Assembly: GCA_030704615.1 (NCBI GenBank)
Contig: CM060731.1
Span: 69,502,001 to 69,566,000, forward strand
Direction: 5' to 3'
DNA from: Takakia lepidozioides
Taxonomy: Eukaryota; Plantae; Bryophyta
DNA length: 64,000 nucleotides
Under the pieces are notes generated by a model. That model saw nothing but the letters and a program-made list of their open reading frames with translations. It was not told the DNA's origin and did not search any database. Position 1 is the stretch's first letter. Every line of letters begins with the position of its first letter. The translations under genes were made by a program, and so were the position numbers. Shown here in pieces: positions 50,554-64,000 of this stretch.

Positions 50554-53500
50554 TTATTCGAGGCGTGACCTCTTCCTCGTATCCAACTCATCTTCATCGT
50601 CATCAGATAATACGGACACCAGGCGCTTACTCCCAGCAGTAGTGTTGTTCACTGGTGTCTCCTCTCTAGCTGCATCTGCACTACTACTTGTGGGAGTGTC
50701 TTCCTGCATCCAGTGAGGCAAAGACAAATTATACACCAAGGTAACACTCCCTTTTCTGGTCAGCATATGAGATTTCGCTAAGATTTTCCTTAGGGCTGCC
50801 AAGGCTCTCCCAAATGGCAAAACAAATCAACCAGACGCTTCCTCCTGCTACCCTTGAACACAAATGGTTCTGTCAAACCATATCTGTACATGGATGTTGC
50901 AGAGTGATTGCAGCTAGGATGATGATCTGTTAAAGATGCAGTGAAAGGCCTGCTGACAAAGTCCAACAGACAGCTTATCATTGTAGGACAGAAGGTGATG
51001 GTTGGGTCCCAGGGTTCCTGGCTGACCCTTGATCTATGACAAAGTGGTGACAGAATGACAGAATGTCCACTAATTAATTCACATACTATGCATCGTCGGA
51101 TGGCAATATAGTTTCCTGGCCCCCTGACACATGCTTCCTGTCTTCACCTAATGAAGTTGGATGTATGCAAAAGCACCTGCTACAATTTTCTTGTTGAAAT
51201 GATTCTTCCAGAACCACCAGTTGTAACTGAAAAGAAGAATAGTCCGGGAGCATGGCTACCTTGGTTGATCCCCCTGAGAGAGGCGTTGAAATCACTGTTG
51301 TTTCATCAATGTGAGCATCCCACGCAGGCTTGCTGACTGGCAATTGTTCCTCAGTGGCGGATCCAAACATTCCTGGTCGATCAGGGCTGAGGGCCTGGCC
51401 CCTTTCTGCTTCTGGGGGGACCCCCCTATCATCCTCTACCTCTTGTCCCACAATTTCAACATGAGAGGAAAGTACTTCCTTCCTCTTCCTCCTGGTATCT
51501 GACTTGGGCGCCTTATGAGCAGTTCCCAGTCGTGAACCCCCTGTCGAGACTGGGGCTCGAAGCGTCTGACGCACCTGGAAGAGGGGAGTGTTGTCGTCAT
51601 CATCATCCTCATCCTCATCAATGGCTTCCCCTGATTCACTCGCAGGAGGTGTTTCCTCCTCGCCGCTACTTTCAGGGTTCTCAAACAGTTTCTTGCCCTT
51701 GATCTGCGGCTTCTGTCTCCCAGGCTTTGGTGGCTTACCTGCAGCTCCATTCTCCTTGTCTCCTGTATAGACATAACCATTGGAGAACTTCTTTATGTTC
51801 TGTCAAGCTAGCTCGAACTTCCCATCAAATACGAGCCTCAATCCCTGTCAACCTCTTGTGACCACCTAAGAGATTTCTTCTCAGATTCACCTACTCAGTA
51901 TTTATAAAGAGATTCTAGCACAGAGCAAGTCTGGTGAATGGATCAGGTTTTAGGTATTTATCCCTCCCTTCTATCAATCCATGATGAATGTGGGTCCTGC
52001 AATTGGACAGTTGCATGCATATGCAAGCTCATAGGTCCATCCCCACATCCACCAAGCATCCATACCAGGGTTCCTGTGCACAATGTTTTCTGGAGATCGA
52101 AGTGAGTGGGCCAATTTAACTTCCATAAATAACATTCACTGAGCAGCAGTCAGAGACAGGATTTGCACAAAAGGTTGGATCAAAAACTACCAGCAGGTTC
52201 AGACCGAGCAATCTTCTCACGAAGGGTATCAATGAAAGTGTAGTACGGCCGCCAACCGCTGGGGTCTGCATCAGTGTCGATTCCCTCCACTCGATTTTCC
52301 ACATTGGCAAGCCTGGAGGTGCACATTAATGTCCTTATGTTACCACTCTGCTGAATTCTGCCAAGTCTATCGTTTGTCCAAAGACTACCTTCCAAGTGCA
52401 CCCTTACAAACCTGGGTGGACAGATATGTGTCATGACACCATGATGCAGGTGCTCCACTCCCATGCATGTTAAACTCATATACAGACAGTATTCGATAAA
52501 GCCAAAAGTTCCTACTCTTGAGAATTACTGGTCATCTTTCCAAGCCTAGCATTCTAAGAGTCATTCTTACTGGGAAGCACTGAAAGCCAGCCACAAATCC
52601 ATTATAAACATAGCTAGGCTTGCAATCCTTCCTCCTAGATAGGAAAAAAATGGAAAGTGGGGCCTTACACTTCACGAATGTCTACAGCCGGAAGCTTGAG
52701 ACCAAACTGTACAACTCCTGCCTCCAGAAAAGGAAGCTGCCTGGGTGGGTCCATGAAGGCAAAGTCAATTCCGCCCATCACTGTACCAGAGATGCTGGGG
52801 CGGTACTCCTTGCGCTGGAACCCAAAAAATGTGGCGGACAGTCGGTTTCCCAAATCCTTACATGCCGCAAAGGACTCACTGCGTGCCCAATCCTCATCAC
52901 TCCTCAGCACTTCATCCATGTGCCGCTGATAAGCCTGTAACATATGACACAGGAATTCAGTCTCTGTTCAAAGTAGTAGAGGGGGGGGGGGGGGGGGGGG
53001 GTGGAGAATGTACTCATAAGAAGGTGTTTGCTGTAGCCTTGTGGCCATAGACCCCACGCCCAGTTTGGGCAGAACAAGAGGGAACAGACAGTACCTTTGT
53101 GAGGGGCTCACTCTGGTAGTGGGACTTACCTTGATATAACAGTTAGTTCGGGCTTTCCAGATATCATCTAGAAATCCCTCCACACAAGCGTCAATCTGCT
53201 GAGTGTGAGCTGCCCAGCAATTAGACCCCAAGAGGGCCCAGGCTTTAGGCTCAGCCTCGAGAATTTCGAAGTTGGGAATAGAGGTGGGAACTGAAGAGGG
53301 TCACCCTCTGGTAAGAATACCCTGGACCATGTATCAGGAAATGAATATTGTCTTCAGGCTGCCCGCACTTCGGGCCAAACCATCTCCCTTTCCTCTCTGC
53401 ATCTGTTTATTGTTCAAAGGTAGCCTCGGGGGTTGGGGAGGAGAGAGAATACCCTTGTGGTCATAGACCTCGCGCCCAGTCTGGGTGGAAACAAGAGGGA

Positions 53501-56500
53501 ACAGACACTACCTTTGTGAGGGTCTCACTCCAGTGGTCGGTTTGGTATAAATGATTGCAAGAGGGCGAGGGCTTTAGGCTCAGCCTCGAGATTTTGCAGG
53601 TTGGTGACCAGAGGTACAGGGACTATGTTCTTCGTGATCCTGAAGAGGGTCACTCTCTGACGAGAATACCCCGGACATTGTATTATAAAATGGATATTGT
53701 CATCAGAGAGAGAGAGAGATTGTACTCATAAGACGTTGTTTGCCGTAGCCTTGTGGCCATTGACCCCGCGCCCAGTTTGAGCGGGAACAAAAGGGACAGA
53801 ACCTACCTCTGTCAGGGGCTGACGTTGGTAGTAAGACTTACCTCCATATAAAGAATTAATCCGGGTTTTCCAGATATCCTCTAGAAATCCCTTCACACAA
53901 GCATCAATCTGCTGTGTGATTTGCCCAAAAACTAGGCCTCAGGAGGGCCTGGGCTTTTGGCTCAGCCTCGAGACTTTCAAAGTTGGTAAACAGGGGTACA
54001 GGCACAATTCCCTCAATAGATTTGAAGAGAGCGTCTCTTTGGTGAGAGAACCCCAGACAGTGTATCAGAAAATGAATACTGTCTTCAGATTGCCCACACA
54101 ACGGGCAATTGCACTCTCCCTTTCCTCTCTGCTTCTGTTTGCTGTTCAAAGGTAGAGAGAGAGAGAGAGAGAGCAAGATTTTGATTGGCCCAGAGAGACT
54201 CTCCTACACAATAGAACATCAGAGTTAGAGGGTAAGAGAAGAACCGATGAGTGCATAGGATGCCCAGAGGACTATGGGTTTCCAGAGGGTCAACTTGACA
54301 AAAAAGAATTAGCGAGACAAAGAAAGACATACATATGTCAGTTGGTCCCTGTGGAACAGTAGAGACAGAAAAAACAAATTAACTCTTTAACGTGCACAAT
54401 GGCCCTGAGGGCCCATGCGACAAAAAGAAACCACTTCAAACTACACTAAATTCAACCGCCAGAGGAGTGGTGTTGGTACCCGTTTCATGGCATCCAAATA
54501 CACAGATGAGAGCTCCTCAAGCTTGCTATGCTTCTTTACTTGCACCAACAGCTGTTTCACAGTTTCTGCCACCATCTTGCCGTGCAGCACATAGTGTGAC
54601 AAAATCTCAGGTCCCAGAAAGTCCTGAAGAAACGCCACATCCAGGGTGGTCATGTACTGAAAAATGTCCACTTTCAACAATGTCAAATAGTGTGAAACCC
54701 TCTCAGGCTTCATCTCTGAACAAAAACTAATTTAAACTATTTTCAATTTTGCCGTATAAGCATATGGATCTTTACAAGAAGTCTCAATTCAAACCTTGGG
54801 GACCATATTGTGTGCGATCAATTTTGCTGCAGCTGACATAACAGCATCTTTCTCATTCAAATATTCTGAACCGTGCGACTGTTCTGTCACCTCTTCTTCA
54901 CTGTCCTCTGCACAAGTACACCCAAAATCCAATTAGCCCTCCCACACATCCAGACTTTATCCTTGAGAAAGAAAGGAACTCCATACAGTGATTTTGTTTC
55001 TGTGACATCGGCAGTACATTTAGCTGAAACTCGTAGTGCCCTCAATTATATACACTTCATCACGTCTGGAACATGCCAGACATACCTGGTGCAATGAGGC
55101 GATATTCACAAAGCTTCCAAAACTGTTTCAAGAGGTCAGTCGAAGGGCAGAAACCCAGGGCCTGAAGTTTGGTTCCTTCCAATTTGGCCTGACTGAACAA
55201 GCTCCAAAAGTCCGACAGTATTGCGCACATCTGGTAGCCAAACAGGATGATCTCAGATGACAATCAAACTTAAATGACCAATTTTTATCTCACCAAGTGT
55301 TGAAAGTGATGGCCATGGCTTTAGGATGTGTAAGGTTACAATTGCAAGTCAAGAATGACATGACTTGCACTATTATGGACAAACACAGACAAAACAAAAG
55401 CAAACATGCGTGGATGCATGCAAATCCTCTCTCTCTTCAGTTACAGGACAAACATGACTTCCAGCAGTGTTGTGATGATTACGGACAGTGCAAGTCAAGA
55501 GGTTACGGGCAGCCCCCTGCTCCCAGCTCTCCAGAAGAGAGGTGATGAAGGCCTCCAAGTGCTGCATGAAGATGGCTCGTTTGCCAAGCAAATTAGTCAC
55601 TGCAGCATCATCCAGGTTTTCCGGATCAATCCCTTTCAGAGACCACGCCATAAGTAGGAACATGTTCAAAACAACCAGACGAATGACCTGCACATGAGTC
55701 ACAAACTCAATGATCAACACTGAATGACTGAGGGCTGTCAAAGTTCATCATCACAAGGTTGAGACTTTCAGAGATGACATGTGAAGTATACAAACTATGC
55801 AGCAAAAGGGAAGAACTTCATCAGCTGAAAAGGGCAACATGAAAATTCCTCTCATTCTCACACACTGCTCCATGTCAGGAAAAAGCCCCAGGGGCTGTCA
55901 GTTACTCAATGTACTTTCCACCCACCTATTCTTGTTGACTACAAATCAACCGAGTATGATGAATTTGAGGATGTGATTACTAAGGCAGATGTATGCTAAG
56001 TAATCTGCAGGATGAGCATTCATGACTTTGTGAATCTCAAACCAACCACCCACAAATCATGTTCCAAACACAAGAACCAAACTTGGGGTGAATTGAGAAG
56101 TACACCTCATCATCCAAGTTACTGAAGTCCTCAAGCACCCCGCACAAGTCAGCAAACAAGCCAGTATCAACATTCCATGCCAACTGTAGCTGGTACAAGC
56201 GCTTCAAATTCACTATCAATGAATAGTCGTCCTCTGCCTCCTGCAAAAGCAGAGCAGCCTATAAGACTTCCTCAAATAGATCAGACATAACCCAGGTGTG
56301 AAAGTCAAACAACCTAATAAATCAACACAGCTGAATTGCCTCCAATCAGGGCTTTGAGTTGCACTACCTTTGCAAAAGAATATCTCAAATAGGACAAACA
56401 AAGTACCCTATATTTCCATCTATCACCTGAAAGCGAAGTTTACAGTTTCGTAACAATCACACGAATATAAGCTACTCCTCGTAAATCTACTCAGAGATTT

Positions 56501-59500
56501 CCGGCACAGATCTTGGCTTATATAAAACAGGGGTCCGGGATCCACTCCCCAGGACTGTCCCACTAACTTCTTGTTGGCCTCTATAGGACCAGCTTGACAA
56601 TTACTGATGTTGTTGGTTTTTGAACCCTGTGTAAGATGGGGGAAACCGTTACCCCAGCCCCTGAAATCGCTGACCGCAGTTTAACAAGAAGGTCGTCGGC
56701 CGTTTCCTTCAGAATCTGATTGGCTGAGTCTTGCAATTCTGCATGGCTCTCATGGACTGTAAACGTCAAGGCCTTGATGCAACTCTTAAGTGTGCTCTCT
56801 TCACCGTGCTTGAAGAATGCCTCTTTGATGAGTTGTAATACAGATGTAAAATTCTGAAATAAAATTATATGCATGGGAATTAGCAACATAGAAATTTGAC
56901 AAGACTTCAAACATGCAGACCAGGCATGGAGAGTGAAACAGAACATAATCAGAAATTTTCCATTCGATTTGTAAGAATTCTCCCTCCCCACCTCTGTTAG
57001 ATATCCATCCCTGTAGAGGTCCCCACCCTCTTTGCATAGGACTTGCCTGCTCTTGCCTCTTCAAGGAATAGAGTCCAAGCTGCATGTACTGGATGATGTC
57101 AACAATTGCAGCAACTTTGGCATTGTCTGCCAGATATTTACGCAGCAATTTGGCATGTGACTTCACCATGGCCAGGGTCATCTCCTTCTTTCTAGTCTCC
57201 AACAGCTCCTGCATTTACAAGGCTGTAATACAGTTTAACATATCTTGGAAAGGGGGGTGTATGCAAGCAATGCCTCAATCCCATATCCCGGAAACCAGCA
57301 CCAATTGCTCCAGTGAAGAGACAAGATGTTGACATTTCATGGGTCAGGTTCATCATAACTCACCACAGGGCTATGCTCAACCAGCATTTGGCAAGTGTAT
57401 ACATAAGGTAACTCTTCCAGAGTACGATTTTCAGAATGCTGTCCACAACTAGGCTACAAAATGAATGCAATTGGCAGCAACACAATACACGATTGCACAT
57501 GGGATCAACTAGCTTTCAAGCAACATGGCCACTTCAAGATCACAGGTTACAATTAGACAGTGCACAGTATAAACTCTTGAGGTTTCAAGATTGCCAACAA
57601 AAATAAATCAGGCCCGCTGGGCAATGAGACTGGATTAATGTATGTACACCATAAGGTTGACAAGGAGCCTACCTTTTGGGCTTTGGTGAGCGAGGGTTTG
57701 CGGTGCTCGCTAGAGGGCACAATCTTGTCTCCCACAGCCTTTTTCACTGATGCTGACAACAAGCGCACCAGATTGGTGGTGTCTAGGTCATTTAGCTCCT
57801 TGTGAGTCCGGTCCTCAAGAAGCATGGAGATAATACACTTCCAGTCCTGTTCAACATGTGCCCATCAAATTATGTATGATGAAGGTACAGCCTTCTAGAC
57901 TCTCAGGGATACTGAATGAAGTGGGTGCTATGACCCCTAAAGTTTGAATGGACCTGTTTCCTGCTGCACCAACTTCTGAGATCACAAAACCCTACTGGCA
58001 AATCCTTGGAAGAAGTTGCAACATCCGAGAGTCCTTTTTGGAATAGCGTGGTTAAGGTAATAATACCTTCATTGCCTGACACTTGTCCCACAGTGCATCT
58101 ATTACATAGTCACAGAGAATTGGGTCCGATGAAAACTCTCTAAGAATCTGCAAGACCCGCTCCAGCTGGCCGTCCAAGTCATCCTCGTCCTGCCCTGCTG
58201 CAGATCCAGCTCATAATGTTCAATATTTCCAGAATCATTTGTGCAAATTGTAATGTCCAACACAATATTTCCACCTAGCAGATGGGGGCTGAACAAGGTA
58301 AAAGCCCCAGAGGAAAGTAGTCCACTGAGCACACACACCACTTCGCAGCAACTTAAAAGTATAACAAACCTTCAGATGAGTGAGCAATCAGGTTCTCATA
58401 CACCAAGTCTCCAACAGCATGGCGGATTTGTGGAGTCTCATCAATCAGAAGGTCATACAGCGAACCCAAATCTTCCTGATTAAGCAGTTGATGCCTACAC
58501 AATCTCCGCAACAGCAGGTTTAGCAACATTTTGAAACAACACAACAATTGAAACATAACTTCCATTGTATAAAAGTGCCATAACCATTCCATTAGCAATC
58601 CTTCACGGCATTATGGTCTTCTCATTTGAGCTCTTAACCAAGAAAAGGTTTACAACAGCACGCTTGACCTCTCACACTCACATCATTTCTACATAAGAAA
58701 AATGTACACATAAGACGTTGTTTGCTGTAGCCTTGTCGCCAAAGACCCCGTGCCCAGTTTCGGCGAAACAAAGAGGGAACAGACACTGCCTTTGTTAGGG
58801 ACTCACTCTAGTAGTGAAAATTTCCTAGATATAAACAAATTTGTTCAGGCTTTCCAGAATTCCTATAGAAAACCCTTCACACAAGCACTAATCTGCCGTG
58901 TGTCATCTGCCCTAGCAGTCAACCCAGCAGGGCCAGAACTTCAGGCTCAGCCTCGGGTATTTGAAGTAAGTGAACAACTTATACACTAGACTCATCCTAT
59001 GAGCATATAATACTCAGGAAAGGACAATGACTGATAAACTAACCTGAGTAATTGCTTCAGCAAGCCAATAGCCAAAACAGCAACTTGCATGTCTACATCG
59101 TCCGCCATCTCCACCATGCGGTTGCAAAAGCGCGTAGTAAACAGAGTCAATGACGGCACATGGTCATCTACGGCATAGAGAGCCTGCAGTGCCGTAATGG
59201 AGCTCTTTCGCACACCAGCGTTCTTCAATCCATCGGGCACCCCCCCAAAAACAACAATGATTAAAGAGAAGTCAGTGCACCACAGTAAAGAAGCTACCTG
59301 AGGTCAAGTTTACCATGCAGACAAGAAGGGAGATAGAAAGAGACAGGTACAATGAATCTTTGCCAGAAAACCAAATCTTAATTCACAGCAAAGAAGCTTT
59401 TGTAAAACAGACAAAAGTGTGCCAACTTAAGAATCAGTAAGAAAGAGGAGAAGAGGCAGAGATAGAAACAAGGATTGGGACAAAAGATCTGAAGAGAACA

Positions 59501-62500
59501 ACAATGACAGGGACACGGACAGGACAGGCAGAGAAAAGAAACCTTGTCATTCAGTGTCCAGCCAATGTACTTCAAATACAAGTCCTGCAGAAACAAGGAT
59601 GGATAGGAAACGATCCATGACCCTATAGCGCTTATGCATGCCTGTCGAATTTCTGGTAAAAAATCACGGTAACGATGCATGAAGAGCCTGCGAACCCAGC
59701 CAGCCCAAACCGATATAGCAACAAAACCTGACTCGAACAACCGAACCTTGATGGACACTAAGCTCCTTCACAAGTTAGAAAAGTATTGCAGTCTACCGAA
59801 GTTGGATAGACACGTCCAGCCTGAAAGAAAAAAAATCAACAGTTTTGAGGACCTGGAGGGATACCAAGCAACAAATAGCAAAAAAAGAAAAGATGGTGAG
59901 ATACAAACCCAGTAAAAATTTTGCGCATCATCTCTTCCACCATTGTGATCTTTTCATGCTTCTCTGACAAAATTTTGTTGAGAGACTCGATACGGGCACC
60001 CTCCTTGCGTTTCCTTTTCTCTGCATTGAGCTGGCGTTGGGCTGTTTCACGCGACTGACCCAAAGTTTTTGCCACTGCTACAAATGATGTCACAAGCTGC
60101 AGCCCTACCAGCGTGGCCACATGCCGAAACACTCTTGGGGGAGTACTGGCCAACCAACATAAAGCAGAAGACCGAGGAAGAGTGAGAACCAGATCAAGCA
60201 AATTAACACGACTTTTAAGACAGCCTAGGCAAAGCAGGGGAAGATAATTATCAGTATTGAGCTGTGCATAACATAAAGGCACACTGTGACAATCTCAAAC
60301 CATGAAAGGAACTCGCCAATCTCAGTTAAAGAATTGTTCCGATCTCTGCATAGCAAAGATAATCCACAAACCAAAATCACAAACATACCAAGAGAGTGCA
60401 ATAACATAGTCCATGCATTTGTCCATGAGTGTCTGGTCAAATAGAGCTCCTTCCTGAGCTTCGTGGACCAAGCTATCCCAAAATGTCAGCAAGTTGAGTT
60501 TGAAGTTGCGCACATCTTTTTGCTTTGATCCAAGGTAATCTTCCAAAGCACCCTGCCAACTAGAGTTAAGGAGAAGACCTCTCACTCTCATTGGTATTTA
60601 GAAGCTTACAAGATTCCCTAAACCTAGCAGTGAACAACAATCATGCTGGATTAGTCAATGCAGGTTCAAAAGCCCCCATAACAGTACAAAAGCCAAATTC
60701 ATGAACAATGTACATTACAGAAGACGCAGGAACTGAGTTCAGTTCTATTTGAACAGCAAAGGATACGTGTTTAGCCTGTGCCACCATCTCTTTCACAACA
60801 TCATCAACATCCATTTCGACCAAAGATTCGCCCTCCAAGTTGAGTGCCACGCCACATGCCTGTCATGCAGACGGCAGATGACTTAGGAATCTTGCTCTCT
60901 CTATACAAATTAGCCTCCTTCCAGCAAACAAAAAACTTGCACATGTTGTAGCTCATGTAGATTGCTACCCTTCTCACAATAGATTGACATAATTTCAGGG
61001 TACTTTGCAAGTAGTTGGGCTAACAGACCTCAAACAATGTCAAAAGCAGCTCATTTAATCCCTCCTGTGGCTTGGACTCGTAACGCTCAAGCCATTTGGA
61101 TGCTGCTAGCTGCACAAACTTTCCCTTGTGCTTGATAATTTCTGAGCCAACAGGTAAATGCAGATGAGTGTGACTAGTAAACCTTCATATTGTTCTTCCA
61201 ATGCTGGCACGTGCTGTATACTAGGTGCCGGCTTCTTAACAAACTTTTCTGCTGTTGTGGACTCATGTTCTTGCAGAACACGTCCTCTGTCGCTTCACGC
61301 CCCAATGCATTACTTGTTATTGAAAAAATTGGTAGTAGGACAGTTTTAGCTTTACAAATATGTAGAATTCCAGAGAATGTACGAAATCATTCTAATCTCT
61401 TGAGAAACTTGCATGGTCCTTTCTTCCAGTGAGTCTAAGGATGTCTTACCAAAACAAATGTGCTGCTCATCAACTACTAAGAATAAGAACAGACGAGATG
61501 AGCATCAAGATCAAGATAAGGAAGAAGTTAGCACTGTTACCAATCAAAGTCTCGTTCTCAACTTCTGATGCAGCTGCTGCAGAGCTTAACTGCTTCTTGG
61601 TCTTTCCACCACTTCCCTTTTCCACCTCCCCATTGGCTTTAGCTTGCTTCTGTGATGCCAGCAGTACAAAAGCCACACATGTTGAGTATGACGTGGTATT
61701 CACCATCAAGATAATGATCAAATGTCACATAATGGATCAGATATTCAACAACTCTCCAATTATAGTGCCACCAACTCAGTTAAAGGGTACTTCTTTACAT
61801 TTCAATAAATGGCAAGGGGACTTCTGAAGAGTTTTTTGCCCAAATGACGAAAGTGATAAGGCAAGTCCCACTCACAATGATAGTGGCCACACAGATTCCT
61901 CTTCCCGCTTCCCACAATCCCCACCATTCCAGCTACAGGAAATGTCCATAAGGCTGTGACAAAAAAATTCCTCAATGTACCATGCTACGCAAGACTTGAG
62001 ATATCTAAGGGCGTACCTGAGGTCGAGCAGTCTCAGTGGTATGTGCACGTTTTTTGGGAGGCTCTTCATCTTGCTCTTCCTTATCCGTCTCCTCATCCCC
62101 ACTGCTATCCATGATTCTGCATGCAAATAGAAACCTAATTACTCCCCTTCTGCTAGGAAGTCGAGACAGGGCGCAATTTCCTACTCTTGTGCCCTTCATA
62201 CTATAGGCCAGATGCCACCATCTCTTTGGAGACTAATATTTGGCACAGGCCTTCAGTTTTGAGGACCAGAATGTCTGGCAGCTTACCTCCCTACCTGATG
62301 TGATAGCTTAGCCCATCAACTAACACTCAATTTCCTGTAACCAGATGGTTAATGATTGCACACATACGGTATGACAATTCCAGGCTTAATTTTATCGCTG
62401 AACCAAAGCCCTACCTGGAGAGCCCAGCTCTAGGGAAATTTAGACACAATAGCATCAAGACTAGGTCATAGTTAAAATTGACAGGAGTGAATAGTGAGTG

Positions 62501-63215
62501 CACCTTGCTCTTGCATAATTACAGTCCAAATTTTTGAGATTCATGATTGAAAATGACTTGCATCACAACCTATCCCTCAAGAATTCCCCTAACCAAAGCA
62601 ATTACGATGGACTCCCCATACTGGTGGGCACATTCAAGTCCTTTGTCAAGCCTAGGGTAAGGCTCTAACACCATACTCTGCCAATGGGGGACACAACTCT
62701 TGCAAGATCTGCAGCTCGGCTCTGCAATCTACCAATCCTTGAGAAACACGTAAGTTCTACCCTGTACAAACATCATCTGCCTAGCCGGAAGACAGAACCA
62801 ATTGTGTACGTCAATGTGCACGTCGCTGGTACACTCCACAACTGGAGAATGAGTTCACCGAGCTTGAATTGTCTCAAGGCATATCAAGCTAAAAGGCCAC
62901 GGCATAGGACGGGTAAGACTGAGCTCAATTTCCTCACTGAGTCCACGATTTTATATGAATCATGTACCTAAACAAACACCATTCCTGCAATACTCCCAGA
63001 TCAAAACAGCACCACCGATCTCCAATCCTGCACCGCACTAACTACAACTACACGAGCCTAGTAGAATTACATAAGAGTGAAGGACAAAAAGGAGACAGAG
63101 ACAGCGGGGGCCGAGGGGGACACAGAAGGGACCCTCACTCTTTCAACAACAAAGAATTGAGCACTGCCTCGCGCCGCTCCCTCTTTCGAGGCTCAGCCTC
63201 CGTGCTTTCTTCCAT
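50554..63215 (-). CDS. SCC3: Cohesin subunit SCC3/STAG (sister-chromatid cohesion protein 3), about 20 or more exons; start at 63215 or 62112
   Basis: Exons encode [103 protein letters not shown]|[10 protein letters not shown] and an acidic/basic C-terminal tail ending RSRLE*. Confidence 0.93.
53009..54155 (-). mobile_element. Three head-to-tail ~250-430-bp non-LTR (LINE 3'-end)-derived repeats in one SCC3 intron (53009-53423, ~53453-53705, 53721-54155)
   Basis: Mutually similar; the minus strand encodes a [14 protein letters not shown] knuckle typical of the LINE ORF2 C-terminus; flanked by G21 and (AG)n tracts. Confidence 0.8.
56854..57046 (-). other. GC-AG intron in SCC3
   Basis: CAG|GCAAGT donor and ttTCAG acceptor join KRQEQ to NFTSVL in phase 0. 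Confidence 0.8.
58703..58966 (-). repeat. Further copy of the LINE-3'-derived repeat in an SCC3 intron
   Basis: tgtacacataagacgttgtttgctgtagccttgt... is colinear with 53721 onward. Confidence 0.85.
60553..60766 (-). other. U12-type (minor spliceosome) GT-AG intron in SCC3
   Basis: Donor GTATCCTTT and branch site TCCTTAAC (60572-60565) close to the CAG acceptor; joins AKH to GALEDY in phase 0. Confidence 0.9.
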
Positions 63216-64000
63216 CTGCCAACGAATTTCTCCAGCCCCTTCTCCTCAGCTGAAAAAGGCCACCTAGTAAGTCCAACACAAGAGCAAAACCACAGCCTTC
63301 ATTTGTCCACAGCCTTTGATCGATCCTTGCGCATTCCGTAGCAATCTCTCTGCCAAGTACGAGACTAGTACATGAGACCCCTAACCCTCGGATGCAATCT
63401 TAAACTCGCGATATCCAAAGAGAAAACGAAGAGAGCGGGAAGAAACCTTTGGACTACCTACTGCGGGGGTTCCTACTTCCTACGACTCTGCCGGTTGCAG
63501 TCTACGGTGAACCGGAATCTCCCCCTGCTTCATTTTTACCCGATTACCCGCTGGACTGTAAGCGAAACCCTAATGTCATCCACAGAAGGCCTCTTCACCG
63601 TAATAAGACGTGCTTGATTACGGGACGGCGTCCGTCCAGCTTTCTGTGCCGCGTTTTCTACTGTGCTGCGCCAGTAAATGATAAATTTGTGTTGCTTCAC
63701 GGAAGGCATTTCGATGCAAGGTTTTTCCCGTGTGCAGCCCGCTGCCCAGGAAATTTCCAGGCGGCGCCATTTCGTTAAATTCAAATTGGTCAAGGAGACG
63801 TGTTCCAACATTGGGAACAGAACTGGGAACAGAAATGGGAACATAGGTTTCTACATGAGAACCAAGTTCACCGGTCGCCATAGCTAGGGTTTAATTACTT
63901 GTGCGGAGGGGAGAGAGAGTAGTGTGAGAGGGTGGAGATGGCGAACCGCACCGATCCCACAGCACGCAGCGTCGCACGAATCCGCAGAATCTGGTGGAGA

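Overview
Eukaryotic nuclear DNA from a land plant, most likely a moss-like bryophyte (inferred from the PLS-DYW PPR style, gene content and transposon types). The first ~21 kb is a transposon-rich island. It holds piggyBac-like termini, a piggyBac transposase relic split by a MITE, a decayed PIF/Harbinger element, an orphan ABC1K/beta-lactamase fragment, two different degenerate Ty1/copia elements, and a ~2.7 kb duplicated gene. That gene encodes two KH domains plus a C-terminal domain which, by eye, is colinear with the Cet1/CYTH triphosphate-tunnel fold but lacks most metal-binding glutamates. It is the best candidate for an undescribed system here. The remaining ~43 kb is ordinary gene space: a pKIWI502-like FAD/NAD(P) oxidoreductase (-), a PPR-DYW pseudogene (-), an intronless TEY MAP kinase with an unusual TRPY motif (+), chloroplast sensor kinase CSK (-), an intact PLS-DYW editing factor (+), a U1 snRNA gene with short USE-TATA spacing (+), and cohesin SCC3 (-). 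SCC3 has a U12-type intron, a GC-AG intron and intronic LINE-derived short repeats. All assignments come from reading motifs by eye; no searches were run.
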